This document shows positions 25,990 through 39,009 of a DNA stretch of 64,000 nt, piece after piece; the first letter of the stretch is position 1, and every line of letters starts with the position of its first letter. A model generated the notes under the pieces. It searched no databases, was not told the DNA's origin, and saw nothing but the letters and a program-made list of their open reading frames with translations. Source of the DNA: Malacoraja senta (taxonomy: Eukaryota); the NCBI GenBank assembly GCA_038087875.1, contig JAXLNO010005631.1:124001-188000 (forward strand), read 5' to 3'. Position numbers and translations under genes: made by a program.

Positions 25990-26610
25990 TATTTAGCCCA
26001 TTCAGCGCACTATCAGGGTAACGGCGACTAGAGTTATTGGGCCCAGAGTAATTTGAATAGAGATTGGGTCGACTTTCCGTGGCATAATGCAAGAACAACA
26101 CTGTGTGCATTGTGTTTTCGGACCTTAGGTTGTTTGAATACTGACTGGGCCTGCCGTCATAGGGCCCAATGTTGGGCCGTGTTCCCTCCAGATATACCAC
26201 CCTTACAAGAGATAGAGCATATGTTAGATGTTTTGCCACCGAAGTGAAAGCAGTAATATGGCGTGAAAGGCGTATTCGGCACCAGGGCCGAGTTGAGTCC
26301 CTGATACCGGGTATATAAACTGCACCTGATGTGCTTCGATTCTCGCAGATGCTCTTGCGAATAGTGTGGCAGAAGCAGGTCATACCAAGGGTTTGGAAGA
26401 GGGCAGGGGAAATTTCATTCCCTCGAAGAAAGAGTCTCCAGAGTTAAGTCAGTTTACGCTCTTTGTCTCCTAAATGTAGAAAGCAAGATTTTTTTTAGCA
26501 TAATGTCACAGAGGCCAGCAAATTATTGATAAAGGAACAGGTTAATTATTATCAGTGCAGAAAGCAGGTTACGGTGTTTCGCAGGTTGATTAGAACACAT
26601 GAGTAAAATA
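25990..26610 (+). mobile_element. HERO-like (RLE) non-LTR element, 5' piece
   Basis: PPDIPPL, SAPGP, VWQKQVIPRVWKRAGG, SLLNVESKIFFSI, QKAG and EHMS motifs across shifted frames. Confidence 0.7.
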
Positions 26611-28400
26611 TAGAAACATAGAAAATAGGTGCAGGATTTGGCCATTCGGCCTTTCAAGCAAGCACCGCCATTCAATATGATCATGGTTGATCATCCAAAA
26701 TCATTAGCCCAATCCTGCTTTCTCCCCATATCCCTTGATTCTGTTAGCTCCAAGATATACAGTATATCTAATTCTGTTTTGGAAACATACAATGAATTGG
26801 CCTCCACTGCCTTCTGTGGCAGCGAATTCCATAAATTCAAAACTGTCTGGCTGAAAAAACGTTTTTCCTCATCTCGGTACTAAATGGCCCACCCCTTATT
26901 CTTAAATGGTAACCCATAGATCTGGACTCCCCCAACATCGGGAACATTTTTCCTGCATCCAGCCTGTCCAATCCCTTAAGAAATCCCTTAAGAATTGTGT
27001 ATGTTTCCATAAGATCCCATCCTTCTTAATTCCTTCATATAAGCCCAGTCAATCCATTCTTTCATCATATTGGCCAAGTATGTGCAGAGGCAAGGAATTT
27101 GTCTTGGTGCTCCGCTCGCATTAAGCATAAACCATTTAGAATAAAACATTAAAATATTAAGAATAAAACATTATAGTTTAAGCATGTGAATGAAATAAAA
27201 TAGCAGAGCAAAAGGAGTTTACAGTCTTTTGGTTATTAAGTAGAGCTACTGTTCGTGGAAAAAAACGCTGTTTTTATGTCTGGCATCCCGGGAATTAACC
27301 TGGTGAACCTACGCTGTACTCATTCAATGGCAAGAATGTTCTTCTTCAAATTAGGAGACCAAAATTGCACACAATACTCTATGTGTGGTCTCACCAGGGC
27401 CCTGTACATCTGCAGTGGGACCTCGTTGCTCCTATACTCAAATCCCCTCGCTGTGAAGGCCAACATGCCAGTTGCTTTTTTCCACTGCCTGCCTAACCTG
27501 CATGTTTATTTTCAGTGACTGATGTACAAGGACACACGGGTCTCATTGCACCTTTCCTTTTCCTAATCTGACACCATTCAGATAATAATCGACCTTATTT
27601 TTCATGCCACCAAAATGGATAACCTCAAATGTATCCACATTATACTGCATCTGCCGTGCATCTGCCCACTTACCCAACTTATCCAAGTCACCCTGTAGCC
27701 TCAAATAATCCTCCTTGAAGCTCACACTACCATCCAGTACTGTGTCAGCCACAAACTAGGAGATGTTAAATTTAATTACTCCATCCAAATCGTTAATATA
27801 TATTGAAAATACCTGGGGTACCAGCATTTATCCTTGCGGCACCCACTAGTCACGGCCTGTCATTCTGAAAATGGCCCGTTAATTCCTACTCTTTGCTTCC
27901 TGTCTGCCAACCAGTTCTCCTCCGTGACAATATGTAATCCCCAATACCATGTGCGCTAATTTTGCACACTAATCAATTGCGTGGGACCTTTTCAAATACC
28001 TTTTGGCAGTCCAGATACACCAAATCCATTGGCTCTCCCTTATCTATTTTCCCTCTTACATATTCAACAACTTCCACAAGATTAGTCAAGCATGGTTTCC
28101 CTTCTTAAATCCATGCCGACTTTGAACGATCCTGTGAGTGCTTTCCAAATGCGCTGCTATGACATCTTTAGTAATCGACATCGGTAGTGCATCTTCCCCA
28201 CTACCGATGTCAGGCTAACTGGTCTATAATTCCCCGTTTTCTCTCTCTGTCCTTTCTTAGAAAGTGGGGTTATATTAGCTACCCTCCAGTCCACAGGAAC
28301 TGATCCAGTGTTCATAGAACATTGGAAAATGATCACAATGCATCCACGATTTCGAGGGCCACCTCCTCGAGTTGTTTCGGATGCAGACCATCAGACCTTG
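26611..28400 (-). mobile_element. CR1 (HER1-like) LINE, degraded
   Basis: Tail atagaaacatagaaaataggtgcagg; RT pieces LRLQGDLDKLGKWADARQMQYNVD. Confidence 0.85.
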
Positions 28401-28559
28401 GGGATTTATCTGCCTTCACTCCCAACAGTTTATCTAACCGGGGAGATTTGCAAAGGCTACTGGGGAGACTTGAAACTAGAACGGTTGTGGGGAGGGACTC
28501 AAATAGAGAAAGATAGTAGAAACTGTGTGCGGCAGGAGGCAGAGAAGGGAAGCACTCGG

Positions 28560-30951
28560 ACCCAAAATGTAGGGGAGAAAGAAGAAAAAGTTAATAAACA
28601 GAGAATAAGTGGTGGTGGGTTTCTTAAATGTGTATATTTTAATGCTAGGAGCATTGTAAGAAAGGTGGATGAGCTTAGAGTCTGGATTGACACCTGGAAG
28701 TATGATGTTGTGGCGATCAGTGAAACATGGTTGCAGGAGGGCTGTGATTGGAAACTAAATATTCCAGGATTTCGTTGCTTCAGGGGAGATAGAATTGGAG
28801 GGGCAAGAGGTGGGGCTGTTGCATTGCTTGTCAAGGTAGATATTACAGCAGTGCTTTGGCAGGATAGATTAGAGTGCTCGTCTAGGGAGGCTATTTGGGT
28901 GGAGCTGAGAAATGGGAAAGGTGTAGCAACACTTATAGGGGTGTATTATACACCGCCAAATGGGGAGCGAGAATTGGAAGAGCAAATATGTAAGGAGATA
29001 GCAGATATTAGTAGTAAGCACAAGGTAGTGATTGTGGGAGATTTCAATTTTCCACACATAGACTGGGAAACACATTCTGTAAAAGGGCTGGATGGTTTGG
29101 AGTTTGCAAAATGTGTGCAGGATAGTTTTTTGCAGCAATACTTAGAGGTACCTACTAGAGAAGGGGCAGTGCTGGACCTCCTGTTAGGAAATGAGACAGG
29201 GCAGGTGGCGGAGGTAAGCGTCGGGAGCACTTCGGGTCCAGTGATCACAATACCATTAGTTTCTAATACAATTATGGAGAGGGTCAGAACTGGACCTAGG
29301 GTTGAGATTTTTGATTGGAGAAAGGCTAACTTTGAGGAGATGCGAAAGGATTTAAAAGGAGTGAATTGGGACATGTTGTTTTATGGGAAGGATGTAGAAG
29401 AGAAATGGAGGACATTTAAAGGTGAAACTTTAAGAGTACAGAATCTTTATGTCCCTGTTCGGTTGAAAGGAAATAGTAAAAATTGGAAAGAGCCATGGTT
29501 TTCAAGGGAAATTGGACACTTGGTTCGGAAAAAGAGAGAGATCTATAATAATTATAGCAGCATGGAGTAAATGAGGTGCTTGAGGAGTATAAAGAATGTA
29601 AAAAGAATATTAAGAAAGAAATTAGAAAAGCTAAAAGAAGGTATGAGGTTGCTTTGGCAAGTAATGTGAAAGTAAATCCAAAGGGTTTCTACAGCTATAT
29701 TAATAGCAAAAGGATAACAAGGAATAAAATTGGTCCATTAGAGAGTCAGAGTGGACAGCTATCTGCAGAGCCAAAAGAGATGGGGAGATATTGAACAATT
29801 TATTTTCTTCGGTATTCACCAAGGAGAAGGATATGGAATTAGGTGAGGTAAGGGAAACAAGCAGAGTAGCAATGGAAACTATGAGATTCCAAAGAAGAGG
29901 AGGTGCGGACACTTTTGAAAAATATGAAAACGGATAAGTCTCCAGGTCCTGACAGGATATTCCCGAGGACATTGAGGGAAGTTAGTGTAGAAATAGCAGG
30001 GGCTATGACAGAAATATTTCAAATGTCATTAGAAACGGGAATAGTGCCGGAGGATTGGCGTACTGCGCATGTTGTTCCGTTGTTTAAAAAGGGTTCGAAG
30101 AGTAAACCTAGCAATTATAGACCTGTTAGTTTGACGTCAGTGGTGGGCAAATTAATGGAAAGGATACTTAAAGATAATATATATAAGCATCTGGATAAGC
30201 AGGGTCTGATTAGGAACAGTCATCATGGATTTGTGCCTGGAAGGTCATGTTTGACTAATCTTCTGGAATTTTTCGAAGAGGTTACTAGGGAAATTGATGA
30301 GGGTAAAGCAGTGCATGTTGTCTATATGGACTTCAGTAAGGCCTTTGACAAGGTTCCTCATGGAAGGTTGGTTAAGAAGATTAAATTGTTGGGTATTAAT
30401 GGTGGAGTAGCAAGATGGATTCAACAGTGGCTGAATGGGAGATGCCGGAGAGTAATGGTGGATGGCTGTTTGTCAGGTTGGAGGCCGGTGACTAGTGGGG
30501 TGCCTCAGGGGTCTGTGTTGGGTCCACTGTTGTTTGTCATGTACATCAATGATCTGGATGATGGTGTGGAAAATTGGATTAGTAAGTATGCAGATGATAT
30601 GCAGGTGTGGTGGATAATGAAGTAAATTTTCAAAGTCTACAGAGAGATTTAGGCCATTTGGAAGAGTGGGCTGAAAGATGGCAGATGGAGTTTAATGCTG
30701 ATAAATGTGAGGTGCTACATCTCGGCAGGACAAATCAAAATAGGACGTACATGGTAAACGGTAGAGAATTGAGGAATGCAGTTGAACAGAGGGATCTAAG
30801 AATAACTGTGCATAGTTCCCTGAAGGTGGAATCTCATGTAGATAGGGTGGTAAAGAAAGCTTTTGGGGTGCTGGCCTTTATAAATCAGAGCATTGAATAT
30901 AGAATTTGGGATGTAATGTTAAAATTGTACAAGGCATTGGTGAGGCCAATT
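28560..30951 (+). mobile_element. CR1 LINE ORF2 (APE endonuclease + RT), few disruptions
   Basis: YFNARSIVRKVDEL, ISETWL, VGDFNFPHIDW, LDLLL; SPGPD, YRPVSLTS, QGSVLGP, YADD. Confidence 0.92.
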
Positions 30952-31124
30952 CTGTTTTATTTCTATGCCAAACAGGGGTGAACAATTGTTGCAATTCATC
31001 CATACGATCTTTAAATCTTTGCCATTGCATATCCATCGTCAAGCCTTTAAGTATCATTTGCCAGTTTATCCTTGCCAATTCCTGTCTCATACCGTCAAAA
31101 CCTGATTCTGTTTGAACACAGTTT

Positions 31125-33165
31125 TGAACAGTTATGGCACCAGATTCAGACCGCCAAGCTCGAGAGAAAATGTTTGAATGTGGCGTTTTTGGCCATGGAA
31201 AATGCGTTTGTACCACATATTCTTATTTGGAGTGCTTTTGATTTCTTTCGAGTTCAAGAGTCGATAGTAAATTTAGTGAAAGCATTTTTCCAAGATGTCC
31301 GAATGTGGTTTAGTACAGCAAACCTTCCGACAGCATGGCAGAGACCACATGTGGGCATTATGGCAAGGTGTGTTATATGCCCATTAGTTTTTACAGTGAC
31401 GATGGAGCTAGTGATTAGAGCACCACGGTGGGTCATCGGCGGGGAGAATCGGCAGGCCGCACTACAATCTGGGCCAATATGGGTGATATGACCATGGTGA
31501 CCACAATAGTAGCTTGTGCAAGAATGTTATTAGAGAAGATAAATTACAATCTTAAATTGGTTAGAATGAAGATTAAGCCCAGTAAGTCACTGAATATTTA
31601 TTTAGCAAGAGGGAAGGTAGTAGAGAAAAAGTTGTTTGCAGATGAAGAAGACATCGGGTCTCTAATGGAGAAACCAGATATAAGTTTGGGTAGGTGGCAT
31701 AATAGGAAGTTGGATGACACTGAACAGGTTCAGCAACTGAGAAAATATGTTAATGATGGATTAGACAGGATAGAGATGTCAGGGCTTCCAGGCTAGTGGA
31801 AGTTGTAGTATTTGCAGTTTGGGCTATTTCCTCGGTTGATGTGGCCATTGACAGCATATGAGGTGCTAATTCCTCTGGGGAAATGTTAGAGAGATTGATT
31901 AGTTCATATGTTATGAAATGGTTAGGAGTTCCATGGTGTCTGAGTAATGTGGCTTTTTCTGGGAAAGATATTCTCCATTTGCCATTGTCTAGCCTAACAG
32001 AGTAGTTTAAGTGTGCTAAGGTGCAGCTCTAGTTGTAATTATCAGGGAGCAAGGGTGACTTCGTTAGTAATGTGGTGCCAAGTATAACCAGAGGGAAGAT
32101 GTGGAACTCAAAGCAGGCAGCAGAAGAAGCACAATCAGCTCTGAGGCATACAGACATTCTTGGTAGGGTGCAGCGATGGATGGGAGGTTTAGGGCTCAAC
32201 ACATTGAAACCAATGTGGAGAAAGGCAGGTCAAACAGAGAGGAAGAATTTGGTTGTGGAGCAGGTATGTGGTCAGGAGGAATCAGTAAGATGTATAAGGT
32301 AGTAGCTCGGGTTAAGCAGGGGCAGTGGATGAACTGGGTAAGTGTAGAAAAGAGGAGGTTTAGCTGGAGGGGCCTGAGGTGCATGGATAACGGTCATGTC
32401 AGTTTCCTTGTAGATGTCGGCACATATTTATGGGGTGCTGCCATTACCGCAGAACCTCAAACAATCGGTAGGCGGGGACTCGCATGTCCCTTGTGTTCAG
32501 AGGTGGCAACGTTGAGGCAAGTTTTGTCAGGATGTGGAACTAGTCTTTCTCGGGGACAATCTATTTGGCGGCATAACCAGGTCTTGAAGTGCATAGCTGC
32601 AGCAATTGAGAGGAGAAGAGCACAAGTGAATGCAGTCGGCATCAGGACTGAGATGGTAGCGATTCGTTTTGTCCGTGAGGGAGAGAAAGGAAGAGGAGGG
32701 AAGTTTTCAGACAGGTATGACTCAGGCCAGTTACGAGGAGCCAATGATTGGGAAATGCAGGCAGATTTGGGAGGAAAGCTTATTGGTCCGTAGGAAAAAC
32801 TATTACTAGTTTGAGGCCTGATATAGAGTTATGGTCAGTTCGTCAACCGATAGTGTCTATTATAGACATCATGGTCCCTTGGGAAAACTTAGTGGATGAA
32901 GCTTATGAAAGGAAAACGCTTAGATATGTAGACTTGGCAGCTGAGTTCGAGCAGCGAGGATGGAGAGCAAGAATGCGTCCGGTAGAGGTAGGTTGCAGAA
33001 GTTACAAAACGAGATCGACCACGTCGCTATTTGGAGAGCTGGGAATTCGTGGAGAACGTTTGCGTCAGGCAGTAAAACAGACGTCAGAGGCCGCAGAGCA
33101 AGGCAGTAGGTTGATTTGGTGGAGAAGAAATAGTGTCAGTTGTGGACAGAAAGAAAACGTATGAC
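31125..33165 (+). mobile_element. HERO-like (RLE) non-LTR element, 3' piece
   Basis: WHQIQTAK...ENAFVPH, GIMARC, CPLCSEVATLRQVLSGC...WRHNQVL, LRPDIELWS...VPWE...AYERK...PVEVGCR (RLE domain). Confidence 0.8.
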
Positions 33166-33369
33166 AGGCAATATGTGTACTTCTTTGTAATTGTCGTCTT
33201 TGTAAGTGTATCCCGGTCTTATACAAGAGTGATATTTGTGGTGTTACAAGTTTAATGATGTTTAGGATTAGTGGAAGAAAGGATGCATGTGGTTAGCATT
33301 TGTTAGAGTGAGCTAATTGGCTGTTGCTTCATTTATTTAGTAGATACTGGTAGCATAGGTGGTGAGAGC

Positions 33370-34757
33370 AGGTGAAGGATGAGGGGATTAATGGATTTAA
33401 AGTATTATATATGAATGCACGAAGTATAAGGAATAAAGTGGATGTGCTTGAGGCTCAGCTAGAAAGTGGCAAGTATGATGTTGTGGGAATTACAGAGACA
33501 TGGCTGCAAGAGGACCAGGGCTGGGAACTGAATATTCAAGGGCACACGCCCTATCGAAAAGACAGGCAGGTGGGCAGAGGGGTGGAGTAGCTCTGTTGGT
33601 GAGGAATGAAGTTCAGTCCCTTGCGAGGGTGACAGAATCAGGAGATGTGGAGTCAGTATGGATAGAGATGAGGAATTGTAAGGGTAAAAAGTCACTGATA
33701 GAAGTTAGCTACAGGCCCACAAACTTTGGCCTGGATATAGGGTGCAAGTTTAATCAAGAGTTAAAATTGCCATTTCGCAAAGGTACTGTTACGGTTGTCA
33801 CGGGAGATTTCAACATGCAGGTAGATTGACAAAATCAGGTTGGGCTGGGCCCCAAGAAACGGAATTTGTTGATTGCCTCCGTGATGGATTCTTAGAGCAC
33901 CTTGTACTGGAGCCTACCAGGGAGAAGGCAATTCTGGATTTAGTGTAGTGTAATGAACCGGATTTGATAAGGGAACGAGGTAAAAGGGCCATTAGGAGAT
34001 AGTGACCATAATATGATAAGTTTTAATCTACAATTTGAGGGGGAGAAGGGAAAATCGGAAGTGCCAGTATTACAGTTGAACAAAGGGGACGGTGTAGCCA
34101 TGCGGGAGGAGCTGGCTAAAGTTGACTGGACAGATACCGTGGCAGGGACGACAGTGGAACAACAATTTCTGGGAATAATTCCGAAGGTGCAGGATCGGTT
34201 CATTCAAAATATGAAGAAAGATTCCAGGGGCGACCGTGGCTGACACAAGAAGTCAAGGACATTATAAAAATAAAAGATAAGCAGTATAATATAGCAAAGA
34301 TGAGCGCGATACCAGAGGATTGGGAGACTTTTAAAGAGCAGCAGAAGTTAACTATGAATGCAATACGTGGAGAAAATATGAGGTACGAATGTAAGCTAGC
34401 AAAGAATATAAAGGAGGATAGTAAAAGTTTATTTCGGTATGTGGAGGAAAAAATAGATAAGACAGAAGTTGGACCCTTGAAGACTGAAACAGGTGAATGT
34501 ATTATGGGGAACAAGGACATGGCAGGCAAGTTGAACAAGTACTTTAGATCCGTCTTCACTAAGGAAGACACAAAAAATGTCCATGATGTACTAGTGCCCA
34601 GAGGATCTAGGGTGTCGGAGGAACTGAAGGAAATTCACATTAAGCAGGAAATGGTGTTGGGTAGACTGATGGGACTGAAGGCAGATAAATCCCCAGGGCC
34701 TGATGGTCTGCATCCCAGGGTGCTTAAAGAAGTGGCTCTAGAAATCGTGAATGCATG
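33370..34757 (+). mobile_element. CR1 (HER1-like) LINE, endonuclease-to-RT fragment
   Basis: LYMNARSIRNKVD, VGITETWL, TGDFNM, KSPGPDGLHPRVLKE. Confidence 0.88.
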
Positions 34758-36559
34758 GCGGAGCAGGCTCGAAGGGCCAAACACCCACCCACACGCACCA
34801 TGCTAATCAGTAAAGAGTAATCCATGCACCGCAGCCTTGACGTACACTGCATAGCCTTTACACCAGCTATATTACCGGAATCAATATCAACATGAAAAGT
34901 GCAACCAAATTCAAAATTGAGTGCTCCGGTTGGCCATGGTTGAAAGAGTGTGCGGGAATGGTCGCCGAAGGTCACATCGGATCAGTCCAAATTCCCAGCA
35001 TCTATCTCTTTCCCCAATTAAACTTCAATCTTCTGCAGAGCTTCCAACCTTGTATGACCGCAACTCCACTCTCAGCGTTTCTATCTCCTTCCCAAAAAAC
35101 ATCGTGTTACCCAGATAACGCTCCACATTCCAGCATTTAGTCTCCGTTACCGGGACTTGCACGATTGAACAACTGCTACGAAATGCTGACAGGAAGTGAT
35201 GTATTTATTGTTTCGAGCGTAGGACGCTGAGCAGTATAGCATAGAAGATCCTGAAGTTTGTGAAGAAAACATAAACGCTGATGTATTTTTTTCACAGCGG
35301 TTCTGAATCTAGTAAGCATAGTCTAAATTTAGGATGGGAGAGATTTATTAGGGAACTCTCCGGCCATTTTTTGTCTCGGTGTGCAGACCGTTTCTGGAAG
35401 GGGTCGCCAGGGTAAGGTATACAAGTGGATATGAATTCGAATTACAATGCCAAATTTAAGAAGACGAATGGATGGATCAAATTTGGAGGATTATGAGCCA
35501 AACGCAGGCAAATAGCTCGAACCCAGAATGCCAACTTGGCCGGCATGGATAGGTTGGGCAGAGTGGCCAATGATCATACGGTACGTGCCTCTATGACACT
35601 GCAAGCTGTGCTGCCATGCGAGCCATTGCCTTGCAACTTCCTACTTTAGGCGCCATGGCTCCCACAAACACTTACTTTTCAAAGCCCGGGCCAATATATG
35701 AATGAAAACATACACACGCTCAATATCGATAGCGAAGTATTATAACGAGACAAATGTAACTGAACTAATCACTATCCACTATCGTTATAATCTCAGCTAA
35801 TCTCGGATCCAGGGGATTTTATTTTCATACTCTAACCTTTAATTTTGCCCGTTCCGGAATCCGTACCCATAAATCATTCCCACAAAATGTTGTCTTTGAT
35901 ATGTCGATGTCAGACAAATGTAACGCGTTCTCATCAACTATAAGGTATTTTGGAATGATCTACAGTTACATAAGAAGGGGATGTGATGACGTTTAGTATT
36001 TAGCGGAGCGGGCAGTTCATCAAAATCTGCCATTTGTTGTCCGACTTGTTGTCCAATGTATTCAGGGAGACTGTAAACAGCGAATTGGTTTGCATTCTTC
36101 ACCTGCAATTTCGACATAAAATACACGGACGTGAGATCGATTGGAATGAATTCGAACATTCAATAGCGTACTGTCTCAATAACTGACGCGATCCGTGTTT
36201 AAACCCAGGCAGTCAGGAGTTGCGACATGTTATGTAATGGGGAAATAGCAGTGCACGAAGAAGTACAAGAATGTCTTTCGGGCGTGTTAGGGGTATCTAG
36301 AAGAAACGGACGTTGCTAACTTGGTTACAATATAAATTGGTGCACGTTTAATTGTGATTTCAGAGAAAGCTATTTACAGACTTATAAAAAGATGTCGCAA
36401 ATAAACAAAACACCAGTATTCCACAGTGAGAGCAGGTAATCTGTGTTGGCGCATGTTTTAAAATTCTCGGAAGGCGATGTTTGGGGACAGCTCTGCAATT
36501 TGGGAAGACAACGAGAGGTAGTAAAATGGAGAAAATGTTTGTGCATGAAGGCATATTCC

Positions 36560-36910
36560 ACCGGATGGCGCCTCTCCAACAGTCTGTCTGTCCCTTCCTT
36601 TTGTATGTTTTAACAGTGTGCGTTAAATGGATGCTTTAGTGTTATGTAGCTTGTTTTATGTGCGGGGTGGGGGAGGGTGGGGGTTGGGAGAAACGTTTTC
36701 TATTTTCTTACCACGGCGGAGATGCGATTTTTTAATTCCTTATCGTATCTCCGTTCATATTGCGGCCTAACTTCGGGGCGTTGGCGGCATTTGCTGGAGA
36801 CCGATATTGAGAGCTCCACAGCGGCTGCCTGCGACACACAATCGCGGAGCGAGCGATCCCTTTGCCAGGGATTGATGTCGGAGCTCCAATCGTGGGTGCT
36901 TGCGGACATA
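36560..36910 (+). mobile_element. 5' module of a GC-rich non-autonomous retroelement family
   Basis: Same architecture as 49265-49530: atggc..ccaacag, T-rich tract, G-tract, gagaaac, hairpin cggagatgcga/tcgtatctccg. Confidence 0.55.
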
Positions 36911-37659
36911 TTCTTCCTTACCACCTTCCATCTTTCTCACTCTTTCTCAATTCAGACTGTCCTCCCATCTCTCTTTCGATTAAACACTACTGCTGCATTC
37001 TACCTCTTACCTCTGGGATAATGAGTGTGGCAGAATGCAGCCCTGTTGATAAATGGAAGGCGAGATAGTAGACGTGAGACCAATTGTATTTGGGAATGTA
37101 GTGTTCAAGTATCGTGGTTGGTGCGGCTAGGTGGGCCGAAGGGCCTACTTCCATGCCAAACTAAACTAAATATAGAACATCCCATTGAGGAGCAGCGGAA
37201 TTGTCCTGTCGACCCAGTGTTTTTTTTTCTCTCCCTCTCGCCCTCCCCCTACCCCTACCCCTCCCCCTCCCCCTCCCCCTCCCCTCCCTCTCCCTCTCTC
37301 TCTCCCTCCAACATTCCCACCCCCCCCCTTTATTTTTTTCTGTCCGGTTCTGGCAGATTGCCAATTAATGTCCGCAAAATTTCTGTCAGACCCGTTGATT
37401 TGCTGCCGCACTTTGTTCTGCACCAAATGTTGAAAGGCCAAATCCGAGCACGATTGATCGTATGCTAGTATGTAGAGCCAGGATGTTTAGGCGCTAAAAA
37501 TCTCTGAAATAGGCAGGCAAAAAGGCATAATAAAATTACAAAAAAGCTACGAAAAAGGCATTTATTGACAAAAAAGGAATAAAAGGCATTTATTTCCACC
37601 ACCAAAATATGGTTTAAAATGATAATTATAAAGGTATACTACATTAAATGACCAAAGTT

Positions 37660-38572
37660 GCCTGGTTGCACATTTTTCAAATTACCTGGTGGTAAACTAT
37701 GCCTCTGTCAGACAGAATATGCTACAGTTGTGAAAAACTTCTTTCTATTCCAGCTGAGGTTACTGGTGCATACCTGAAACAAGCTACAAACTCTACATTC
37801 ATGTCGATATCTTGTGCATTACAACTACCTTTGATAACGTTAGCTATGTTTTCTATTTCTTCAAGATCTTTCTTTGCTAAAATCACCCTCTCACATTTTC
37901 CTTGTATGTCTTCACCTACATCGCCAGGAACTTTAAGAACAAAGTACGGCAAGTGAAGATGTAAACAACTGAGCAATAGTTCAGCTCTTTGACCTCCAAT
38001 ACTTCCGATGTCAAGAAATACTCCTTTGATGGTTGATCTGCCTCCAGTGTACAAATGACCACATTGGCAACAAATCTCCCCACATCACTAGTTATCTCGT
38101 CTATTGAGATCCACATTTTGTTGCATGCAACTTCATCTCTAATTTGCTGCACAACAATGTTGAAGTTGCTGTCAACATAATTTTTCAGTAATGTGACTTG
38201 CTTGGTATTTGTTCCACGGTGTATTTCCCTAAAAAATCTCTGAGAAATTTGTTTTCCAATTTCCACAGTGGAATTCCAGCATCAATGAATGCGTTGCACA
38301 GATCACTCGAAAACTCAGATTTGCGATTGGAGCCAGCAGTAAATGTTGTGAGGAGACAAACTTGCGTATTTCCTACCTTCTGTTTCTCTGCCGCCAACTT
38401 GTGTTTAGCTGTCTGTACATGCATGGAGATGAAATATATTTTCTCATGATTCACTGCTTTCTCATATGCATTGCAAAACAGCACACAGTTGTCTGTAGAG
38501 AATATATCACTCGCGTACACTCTCACCAAATCGTTCAGTTTTTTAACAAGGCGTAGACTTGACTTTAGGCAT
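37660..38572 (-). pseudogene. Internally deleted CGGBP-like hAT transposase
   Basis: ATG at 38572 (MPKVK), FSTDNCVLFC...HVQTAKH zinc-finger-like, MWISIDEITSDVGRFVANVVI (DUF659-like), YAPVTSAGIERSFS (hAT dimerisation-like); frameshifts and stops. Confidence 0.75.
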
Positions 38573-38579
38573 TTTGATG

Positions 38580-38850
38580 CTTGCAGCGGTAGATCCTACA
38601 GCAGCGGGGATGCAGACCTCTACAGGCAGGCCAAGTACAAGCTAAGAAGAGGAATTAGAGCTACCAAGGAAAGGTACTCTGAGAAGTTGAGGAGAAAGTT
38701 CTCATCAAATGACTCTTCTTCAGTGTGGAAGGGCTTGCAAGAAATCACAAGCTACAAGAGGAACCCCCCCCCCCCCCGCTCCTTGGACAATCGTTAGCTG
38801 ACCAACGACCTGAACGAGTTCTACTGCAGTTTCGATAAACAGAAACTTAA
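38580..38850 (+). mobile_element. Rex1/Babar LINE ORF fragment
   Basis: SGDADLYRQAKYKLRRGIRATKERYSEKL...NDSSSVWKGLQEITSYK. Confidence 0.7.
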
Positions 38851-39009
38851 CCCTGGTAACCCCAACCAACACTTCACACCTACTCACAGCTTGACTCCAG
38901 TTGGAAAAGACTGGACCCTTCCCCACCTACTCCTCCCCTGTCTCACTCCAATCTCTCCCCCCCTGAACGTACAGCCACCGACTCACTCCGCAACAGCCCA
39001 GACTAGGTT

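Noticed and set aside
34760-36550. Hidden gene in the unassigned stretch
   Set aside because: The short ORFs resemble nothing I recognise, no consistent splice pattern is evident, and part of it is an old CR1 tail; left unannotated.
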